This document shows positions 41,901-50,056 of a DNA stretch of 64,000 nucleotides, in pieces. Source of the DNA: Oopsacas minuta (Eukaryota; Animalia; Porifera); assembly GCA_024704765.1 (NCBI GenBank), contig JAKMXF010000297.1:1-64000 (forward strand), given 5' to 3'. The first letter of the stretch is position 1. Each line of letters starts with the position of its first letter. The translations under genes and the position numbers were made by a program. Below the pieces are notes generated by a model. That model was not told the origin of the DNA, searched no databases, and was given only the letters and a program-made list of their open reading frames with translations.

Positions 41901-43892
41901 GTAACTGAACACTTACAAGCTTATCATAATACTTTAGAAGGACTGAATACAGGGGGTACCTGGGAGCTCAAAAGTTCTTAGAGAAAGTTATAACAATGAT
42001 TGCACATGTTGAAGAGAAATTTGATGATTTGCAAAAGGTTCTAGACGACAGAAAGAGAGAAGTAATGGATAAACTGGACTACATTTATAAAGATACTCTC
42101 TCTTTCATCCAGAAAGGAGAGCTGCAGAGAGAACATGTACAAGATCTGATCACTAAAAGCAAAGCTTACAAAAAGTTGCCAATGAATGGGCATATACTAA
42201 CTGAATTAGAATCAATCAATTCCAAAGTAAACGAACTTCTAGCTGGACTACCTGACAAAGCTAAATACAAGGATATAGACTACATCATGGATCACGACAT
42301 AAAGAGCATTATGAAAGGGCTAGGCTGCTTTAGACTAGAATATACACAAAAAGTACTACCTGTAAACATAATAGATACAAATACTCTGATGTCAAAATAC
42401 AAATTCACTCCATTTACTATGACTAGAGATGATCAAGAAAACATCTACAACTTCACCACAGATTCTCAAGTAGTTGTAATGAATCGAGCAGGTGAAATGC
42501 TTAAACAGTTCAAACCTTCGAATATGCCAGGTCAAGTAAACAGTGGTTATATTCACTGGAATAAGCATCTCCTATATATTGTAGCTGGCAACAATAACAG
42601 TGTTACAGTATGCAATGAGGATGGGAAATTAGTTAAGATATTTGGTAAAGAAGGGAAGAATTCAGGGGAATTTAAGAATCCACTGAGTATCGCTGTGAGC
42701 AATATAAACGGAGATATCTATGTATTGGAAGAGGGAAATAATCGTGTGCAGGTGTTAAATTCTAAATATATTCCCTCCCGTTTTATTGGATATTATATTG
42801 AGCATCCAGGACAGATAAAGAACCCTTGTGAGCTAGCGCTAACAGAAGAAGATCATGTGATTGTAGCACAACGAAATATCCCTAGTATAAATATATACAA
42901 CTCGCAGGGAATAGTGTTAGTACAGTTTGGTAGTACTTCAATTGATGGACTCGTGTTCATGCCTGGAGCAATGTGCATATCTCATACAGGACAGTTACTG
43001 CTAACTGATCTTTTACAGGACCAGATCGTAGTGTATGACAAGGATAAACTGACCATGTGGACGGTAGGCTCTCCAGGGATAAAAAGGGGAGAATTTTCAT
43101 GTCCAGCAGGTATGGTTTGTATGAAAGACGGTACAGTCTATATTTGTGATATGAGAAATCAGAGAATACAGGTGTATAACCAAGATTCTATGATTCTTGG
43201 TGATAACTAATTACCTTTCCTGTATATTACTAGTAGTGAGGATATATTTGTTATTACATTTATAGCGTAGTTTGTGCATGACTTGACTTCTCGGAGCTGA
43301 TTTTGTAATTAGGGAAGAAGATTACTTTACAAATATGATCCATTGTTAAAAATGAGTTTAATGCTTACCACTATATATAATCATAACTTACCCGTTCCAG
43401 ATAGTGTATGTATACATATTTATGCCTTTTCGTCAGTATATCGCGAGCAGAGGAGCCCTCATCAGGAGGATTCGTACCGTGTGGTCTAACACTGTCAACA
43501 CTTGCAGAATATACGTATTCTTCATGGTAAGCAGATTCCTCCAGTGTCAATGTCCTGTATATCTTACCCCTGTGTCTCTTCTTGTTACGAATCATTTCCT
43601 CTTGGGTTTGAGTGTTTCTATGAAAATTAAATGAGTTTCTAATGCTGTCCAATGAATTCCTATGGCTTACTGAATTGCTATGTTCGGGGGATTGATTTTG
43701 TGAGGTCTGGCTTAAAAATGCACTGGTTGGTGCATGTGCTGGGCTATGTAACCCTAAAGGACTTGAATCAACACTATGAACTGTGAACTGTGTTGGTGAT
43801 GAGGCTTGCTCAGAATTCAGCTCAAGGCTTAAATCAGTGTCAGGTGGGTACACACTAATGCTTGGCGATTCCAACGTTACCTGTGTAGTCAT
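38956..43892 (-). CDS. MYORG: MYORG/KIAA1161-like GH31 glycosidase, type II membrane protein, 4 exons, host of a TRIM-NHL gene
   Basis: Exons 43892-43392 (Ser-rich N-terminus, phase-0 donor CGG|GTAAGT), 41126-40879 (phase-0 acceptor, TM helix AVFFGSVVILGVLSVVLLAV), 40826-40490 (HWFGGYE...QWPL) and 40425-38956 (PIWSTW, IQIDD, SFKFDAGE nucleophile motif, ELFIRW, IIRPLWW). Confidence 0.85.
41325..43210 (+). CDS. TRIM-NHL protein (RING, two B-boxes, coiled coil, NHL repeats), nested antisense in MYORG intron 1, with a frame break near 41955
   Basis: RING CPGC...PRLLPCCHSICLEC...CPKC; B-box1 CSDC...FCITC..PLC; B-box2 C.FH...FC.TC..LLC..C...H; NHL repeats (FGKEG..SGEFKNPLSIAV, GEFSCPAGMV...IYICDMRNQRIQV). 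It is split into two ORFs in different frames. Confidence 0.85.
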
Positions 43893-44067
43893 TAGTTTTT
43901 GCTAAATTTGTGGTGATATAATAAACTGAGTGGGTATAAGCTATGTATATTCTTATATCTATAGCATCGTGTTGCTGATATTTGTGGAGAAATGTATACA
44001 CCGGATAAGCTATGATGAGATGGCTACGATAGCTTGTTACATACACGTGAATTGTATAAATATTATG

Positions 44068-44130
44068 CAGGGATGTCTAAAGCAAAAAATTATAGGTGTG
44101 GTGAACCCCGCGCCGGCTTATACGGCCCTG
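44068..44130. mobile_element. Short GC-rich element with CAGGG...CCCTG inverted termini (MITE-like remnant)
   Basis: CAGGGATGTCTA ... TATACGGCCCTG, a GC island upstream of the MYORG start. Confidence 0.3.
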
Positions 44131-44286
44131 TTTGTAATGTATTTCAATAAGATATCAATGATTAAATTATACAAAACAATAATTCGTGAGTTGAAATAAA
44201 TCTGATCATAATGTACAGTACAAGTAAATGTGTTATGTTTGTTAATTCCAAAAGGATAAATGTTCTTGTAAGGATGGAATGCTGGA

Positions 44287-45048
44287 TTACTGTGGGGGTG
44301 TGGTAACCAGATAGGAATTAGCTTGCTTTGCGTAGATTAATACTCCAAAGTAGCCACAAATAATTGCAAATAATATAGGCATACTCATAAAATTAAAGAT
44401 TGAAATAAAGCTAGAACTTTTACTGGTCAGTTCTATCGCATTATAATTGTGTCTTTTGTTATATGTCGTTCCCTGTAACGAGCTAATTCCAGCTCTTAGT
44501 TGTCTGCAGTCTAAACAGTGATTAGTTCGGAGACATTTCTTAATGACATTCAAGTTGCCAAGGAGAGTCTCGACACAATTTGAACATTCAAGTATAAGAT
44601 TTTGAGCAGAACCACCCTTTGAAAATTCTTTATCATTATTGAAAGAGGAATTATCGAGCTCTGTCGGGCAATCAGCATTAGAGTCAGAATTAAAATCGGA
44701 ATTAGAATCTGGAGTAGAATCTTGGCTAAATTCATTCCTAATTGAATCGTTATCAAGTGAAGAACTGATTGAATCACTATTCTCAGATAAATTTATAGAA
44801 GAATCATTCAGGAAAGATTCATTAAGATCCATATGTTTGGTATCTATAATATTACTCTCCCTATCCTCTTCAACTATGACACTTGTTGGATCAAGACCAG
44901 ACAAGAGTCTAGCTTTGCTCGCTTCCACCTTCCTGATCTCTTTCTTTAAATTTTCAATCATGCTAGTGAGATGTTGATTGTCAAGTGTGAATTTAGTTAT
45001 TCGGGATTTAGCATCGATAATCCTTGCTCTTTCAAAATCTTCAGACAT
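44287..45048 (-). CDS. Uncharacterised tail-anchored protein (coiled coil, Ser/Asp/Asn-rich linker, Cys cluster, C-terminal TM)
   Basis: 253-aa ORF with a heptad-like N-terminus, CxxC...CxxxxHCxxC, hydrophobic MPILFAIICGYFGVLIY and a 14-aa tail ending YLVTTPPQ. Confidence 0.7.
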   Translation of the reverse strand: MSEDFERARIIDAKSRITKFTLDNQHLTSMIENLKKEIRKVEASKARLLSGLDPTSVIVEEDRESNIIDTKHMDLNESFLNDSSINLSENSDSISSSLDNDSIRNEFSQDSTPDSNSDFNSDSNADCPTELDNSSFNNDKEFSKGGSAQNLILECSNCVETLLGNLNVIKKCLRTNHCLDCRQLRAGISSLQGTTYNKRHNYNAIELTSKSSSFISIFNFMSMPILFAIICGYFGVLIYAKQANSYLVTTPPQ

Positions 45049-45786
45049 TTTACTTAATAAATTAGCTTAGAAATTAGAATATTGTAGAACACTACTATAA
45101 AGAATCTTGAATATAATTGAGACATCAATAGGTCTTTCCAGTTTTCAGGTATGGTGTGTGGTTGTAAGAATTCTCATTTATCCTTTTGAAGGCATACACA
45201 CAAGTGCTCAGGCCACTTGTATTTAAAACTATTTGATTGGCTGAGGCTTGTAAGCTGTTGATTGTACATCGTCAAATAATTATTTGCCAAAAAAGCATAG
45301 CATTCTGCCATTTAGTTGTATAGAATGCTATAAAATAAGCTAATAACCCTAACACATGGTTAGTATTCATCTGATCTTATGGATAACACCTATGATAACA
45401 ATTACATGTATAATTAGAAGGGCCATTGACTATTGTAATTGAGTGTTAACAACTATAGAATATTCATATAATACCTGATTTGTGTTAATTAACAGAATTC
45501 TAGAAATATATGATAATGTGATTATGATTGATTGTCAATTTGGGATAATTATGACACTTTCAAACAATTGTTGAGAATAATTATAATACTACACATTATG
45601 TATGTCACATTCTCTTAGGTTTATGATTATACAATTAATTACGTAAGAAATAAGATAATTACGACAAATTTCTAATAATAAATCTGTAATCGATACAAAT
45701 GATACAATAGGCATTTTCTTAGTATTACAATCTACAAACAAATACAATACACAATAAAATATATTTTCTAACTTTATAAATCGCAA

Positions 45787-46677
45787 ATGTTTACTGGAGC
45801 AGGCCCAATAGTTTTGTTCTTATTGTTCCTAATCCCTTGTTACTTGTCACAATCAGTTACCATCAATATCAGCCCTGATACAATCTATGTTGACTCAAAT
45901 GCTACTATAACGTGTATAGCTACAGCAAACGATGATACCCTTGTTGCTCTTGTTCCATTTTACGTCATCAATGGTACTCATGTCCAACACTCTTGTATTG
46001 GAAGTACAGAATACGAACCACTGACTCAGAACTTTTCAACTCTCCCTTTTGTCCCTATAGTTGACTCGACCCTCTCTACCAGGATATCTCTTAGTCCTGT
46101 TAGCGAGTCAGATGACGGACTGAGTATAGGGTGTGTGTTCTATAACCTGACAGCTGAGAGTATTGCCAGTAGTAATGTACTAACATTGAGTGTTTTGTTT
46201 CCTACCTCAGGTCCTAACATATCTGATGTTAATACAACCGCTACCTTCACAGAAGTTCCATTCTTGAATTCTAGAAGCTTTCATATCACAATAGGGAGTA
46301 TAGGAGGAGTAATTGGTATTGTAGTTATCATAGCTATACTTCTGATACTAATTATAGCATTAGTTGTATGTGCTGTTAAGAGATCCAAACGAAGAAAGCC
46401 AAGTACTACAGAAGGAATAGTTGCACATAACCTATCCACTACTGTTACCCCCATAACAGCCGCTACACCAAAAGAAGAACCTGATGAACTTATCAAGAGC
46501 AGGACAAACTCAATAAAAGCTCAGAACGATAAAGAGTTTGCTTCTAGGTACTCTGCACTGCCTACTTATTCAGTAGCTGTGAGTACGGGCGGTGATGAGT
46601 TATCAGCATCTACTGATCCAAACTTACCGCATCATTTCACTTCCATTGATGATGATGTGCAAAAAGAGAAACTATGA
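45787..46677 (+). CDS. Single Ig-like domain type I membrane protein (paralog 1) with an ITIM-like tail motif
   Basis: Signal peptide; Ig-like Cys pair (ATITCIA ... DDGLSIGCVFY); TM helix IGGVIGIVVIIAILLILIIALVVCAV; basic stop-transfer KRSKRRK; cytoplasmic SRYSAL. Confidence 0.75.
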   Translation: MFTGAGPIVLFLLFLIPCYLSQSVTINISPDTIYVDSNATITCIATANDDTLVALVPFYVINGTHVQHSCIGSTEYEPLTQNFSTLPFVPIVDSTLSTRISLSPVSESDDGLSIGCVFYNLTAESIASSNVLTLSVLFPTSGPNISDVNTTATFTEVPFLNSRSFHITIGSIGGVIGIVVIIAILLILIIALVVCAVKRSKRRKPSTTEGIVAHNLSTTVTPITAATPKEEPDELIKSRTNSIKAQNDKEFASRYSALPTYSVAVSTGGDELSASTDPNLPHHFTSIDDDVQKEKL

Positions 46678-46911
46678 CCTCCATTCGAAATAAGAAATTC
46701 TATGTAAGGAAAGTGACTCTGTATATATTGTAGAATGTAAACATAAACAAGTGTTGTCAATAATAATTGTGTGTTGTTAATTGTTGTTTATATTATTGTA
46801 TACATATTTTCGTTTGCTTTTTGGTTAGATTTCTGATTAATAATGTTATAATGATTATCTATTCACCAATATGGATTTCATTCTACAGAGCATTACGTAA
46901 TATATTTGTAG

Positions 46912-47742
46912 ATGTATTTAGGCGTGTGGGTACCCTTCATAATCAGTATTCTAACCATCACTACTCCCTCCTGTAATACTTATGTAATCGATGTAAGTAT
47001 AAACCCAGAAATAATCTATCTTAACTCAGGGACAGTCAATCCTGATTCAGTTGTTACCATCACCTGTCAAGCAACAGGACTGAAGGAAGTCTTGACATTA
47101 ATCCCTTTCAATATGATCAATGGTACTTTCATAGAACACCCATGTGTAGGTAGTTACAGGTTTATTAATCAATCTCAGAGGTTCTCAACCCTATCATTCT
47201 ACTACACATACACATCTGATAATATTATATTCACTACTACAATCTCACTTAACCCGATAATCCAGTTAGATGACGGTCTATTGCTAGGATGTGCGTTCTA
47301 TAATCTAGAGACAGAGACATATGACGTCAGTCATATGACTAATATAACTATAATTGTAATCGAACCCACTACTACCACTACCATAGCTACTACGGCCACT
47401 ACTACAGCTACTACGGCCACTACTACTACTACTGCTGTCACTACAGGACATACAGCTACTATAGCAGAGATTACCACACTAGAGAGCACTCAAGGGTCTT
47501 TGATAAAATCGCAGGATTTCTACATCACGATTGGAACATTATCAGTAGTGATGCTCGGGTTATTAATTGTGATTTTCATCTTAATAACGGTGCTAGGAAT
47601 TTACGCATCTACTCGCAGACAGCAAGCACCAATTGCTGCACTTATACCTCGAGCAGTACTAACTAGACCTGTATTCGATGAAAATCAGAGTATAGATAGC
47701 TTAACATTCAGAGAAACTAATGTAAACTTTTCTGAAGTTTGA
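46912..47742 (+). CDS. Single Ig-like domain type I membrane protein (paralog 2) with a Thr-rich mucin stalk
   Basis: Ectodomain aligns with paralog 1 (TITCQAT, PFNMINGT, HPCVGS, FSTL, DDGLLLGCAFYNL). Poly-Thr stalk, TM helix, and a tail ending SEV. Confidence 0.75.
   Translation: MYLGVWVPFIISILTITTPSCNTYVIDVSINPEIIYLNSGTVNPDSVVTITCQATGLKEVLTLIPFNMINGTFIEHPCVGSYRFINQSQRFSTLSFYYTYTSDNIIFTTTISLNPIIQLDDGLLLGCAFYNLETETYDVSHMTNITIIVIEPTTTTTIATTATTTATTATTTTTAVTTGHTATIAEITTLESTQGSLIKSQDFYITIGTLSVVMLGLLIVIFILITVLGIYASTRRQQAPIAALIPRAVLTRPVFDENQSIDSLTFRETNVNFSEV
47368..47445 (+). repeat. ACT/ACC/GCT-rich coding repeat encoding the Thr/Ala mucin stalk
   Basis: Duplicated unit AGCTACTACGGCCACTACTAC plus ACT runs. 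Confidence 0.85.
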
Positions 47743-47950
47743 GGATTAAAAATGTTACTAATAAGGAAAAAATAGCTAAACATTTGAATTTATAATGTTG
47801 GCTTAGAGCTCATTCCAATATCTAGTGTTTGTATACAAAAAACCTGTATGTATGTATTATATGTACAATAAATATAAATATATTCGTGTGTATTTCGAAT
47901 ACAATATGGGATTATTATTAATATAATATACTTACATAATATGGTTGACC

Positions 47951-48823
47951 ATGTCTAAACTGTGGCCACTAAAAGACGGCTACCTTGGTCAGTCACTTAG
48001 TCTTTGTAATTTAGGAAATAGTATAACCATTTCTAGAATGTTAAAGAATCATTTGAAGAACGTTTCGAATCTTCTTAACAGGCTAACATCTGTGAGAACG
48101 AAATACAGCCCGGTTACAATAGGGATAACATGTAGGAATGTGAAACGTACTATCAGTGGAGAAACTAAACAAGCCTCTAAGTTTAAGGGACCCGTTTCAT
48201 GGACCTCTCTTGCTTTGATTGTAATAGCCGGTGGAATTATCGTGTACACTTCTAAGAAAATGCAAGACGAAAAACGTCTTAAAAAAGCTGAAAGGGCGTC
48301 ACAAGCTGTCGGTAAAGCTGCAATAGGAGGGCCATTCAGTCTTGTTGATCATGATGGCAATCCTAAAACAGATAAAGATTATCTTGGGAAATGGATCCTG
48401 ATATATTTCGGGTTCACATTCTGCCCAGATATATGTCCTGAAGAGTTGGAGAAGATAGGAGATATCATAGACAATCTAGACAAGATAGAACTCTTGCCAA
48501 AGCTCAATCCCTTATTAATATCCGTAGACCCGATACGAGATACTCCAGAGAAAATTAAGATATACCTCAATGATTTTCACCCGAAAATCGTAGGTCTTAC
48601 AGGCACTCCTGAACAAATTGATGAGGTAGCTAAGAACTACAGAGTATACTATAGTCAGTCTAAACCAGACTCAGATAACGACTATTTGGTAGATCACACT
48701 ATAATCACGTACTTAGTGAATCCCAATGGAGAGTTTGTCGATTATTATGGAAAGAATAAGACCGTTGCACAAGTAACTGCTGGAATCACTAATCATATGT
48801 TAGCCTTCAAACACTCTAATTAG
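47951..48823 (+). CDS. SCO1: Cytochrome c oxidase copper chaperone SCO1/2
   Basis: GKAAIGGPFSLVDHDG, LIYFGFTFCPDICPEEL (CxxxC) and YLVDHTII. The exact start is uncertain (ATG 47951 or a later ATG). Confidence 0.92.
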   Translation: MSKLWPLKDGYLGQSLSLCNLGNSITISRMLKNHLKNVSNLLNRLTSVRTKYSPVTIGITCRNVKRTISGETKQASKFKGPVSWTSLALIVIAGGIIVYTSKKMQDEKRLKKAERASQAVGKAAIGGPFSLVDHDGNPKTDKDYLGKWILIYFGFTFCPDICPEELEKIGDIIDNLDKIELLPKLNPLLISVDPIRDTPEKIKIYLNDFHPKIVGLTGTPEQIDEVAKNYRVYYSQSKPDSDNDYLVDHTIITYLVNPNGEFVDYYGKNKTVAQVTAGITNHMLAFKHSN

Positions 48824-49008
48824 TATTATAATTCTTATAATACATTCTCTTACATTTAGATTAAACAGATAGATTAGGGAATATTTTCCCGTTTATATTT
48901 ATTACAGATTGAGTAATATTGTACACAAGTAGCTAAGCTGCTACAATCTTAATTAATCTCAGACGAAATGTATACGATCCTGGGATTGAAAATCATAATG
49001 GCCATGCA

Positions 49009-49088
49009 CATAGGGCGGTCCCAGGATTTTGCATAGCCCGGGCCCAAGATTTTAGATCCGGGCAAATGCTCCGTTGGGACCGCCAGTG
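49009..49088. mobile_element. 80-bp GC-rich element with inverted termini (MITE-like)
   Basis: CATAGGGCGGTCCCA ... TGGGACCGCCAGTG share a perfect 10-bp inverted core GGCGGTCCCA. No TSD seen. Confidence 0.45.
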
Positions 49089-49230
49089 CATACACAATGA
49101 AGCTACTATAAGAATGAAGCCAATAATCCCAATATACTATAAGATTGGTTAGTAGATGACATTTGCATATCATCGAAAAATAAACAGAACAGTTGAACCA
49201 TACATATATATTACAATAATTAGGAGGGTA

Positions 49231-49899
49231 TCATCTGAAAAGTAGGAAAATGAAAATGATCAGACCAACAGCTATAACACTACCAAGAATTATGGAATCC
49301 TTCTTCCGTTTGAATTGTATTTTATTGCTGAGTCTATTTAATAGAGGGAATTTGTTGCTGATAGAATCAGTTGTACTAAATATCCCAGATAGAGCTTTTC
49401 TCTGATTGGAGAGACTCTCTTTAGTATCAATAGCCATGTTAATAATCTCATCTGCCATCCTAGTAGTGTGCTTAACATGCTCATGTTCTTTGAGTAATAG
49501 ATCTGACTTGTTATTGGTATCACCACCTCGATTTCGGGAGAGTGTGAATAGAGCCTCTCTCTTCTGGAGGGTGCCAATATTCTCAGCTGTTTTGGAGAAC
49601 TCTTGTTGGTAGTCTTGCAGTACTTCTTTATGACGCTCAGCTGTTTGTAGCATGCTAGGAGGTGCGTTATATTGACTATTCACATATTCTTGCAATGTAT
49701 TGTTCAGCTCTTTGAGGTTAGTTAGTTTCTGTGATAGTTCATTACTTAAACTCTGTGATTGAAGATTTCTAGTAGAAGTATCTGCGCTTACTAATCGCGC
49801 GTAAGAACTTAGTTTACTCTCAATCTCTCCTTCACATCTCCGCACTTGTCTTCTCAGATCCTCCCATCTCCCATTAGGACGTAGAGTAGTATGTGTCAT
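49231..49899 (-). CDS. GOSR1: Golgi SNARE GS28
   Basis: WEDLRRQVR..EGEIESKLSSY, RHKEVLQDYQQEF, LLKEHEH, KFPLLNRL..KI.FKRKKDSIILG.VIA plus a C-terminal TM. Confidence 0.92.
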   Translation of the reverse strand: MTHTTLRPNGRWEDLRRQVRRCEGEIESKLSSYARLVSADTSTRNLQSQSLSNELSQKLTNLKELNNTLQEYVNSQYNAPPSMLQTAERHKEVLQDYQQEFSKTAENIGTLQKREALFTLSRNRGGDTNNKSDLLLKEHEHVKHTTRMADEIINMAIDTKESLSNQRKALSGIFSTTDSISNKFPLLNRLSNKIQFKRKKDSIILGSVIAVGLIIFIFLLFR

Positions 49900-50056
49900 A
49901 ATAATAACTAATTAGAAATATTAATCCACTAATGTATAAAATGAGAGTAAATAAATATCGATAAAATAATGAAATATGTCATAGTATAACATCCAGGCAT
50001 ACAGACAACTAATCAATTATAGCTCTAGTATTCTAATGCATATAACTAATGTTGGA

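Noticed and set aside
43371-43892. 173-aa ORF as a stand-alone orphan gene
   Set aside because: Better explained as MYORG exon 1 (consensus phase-0 donor matching the MYORG acceptor).
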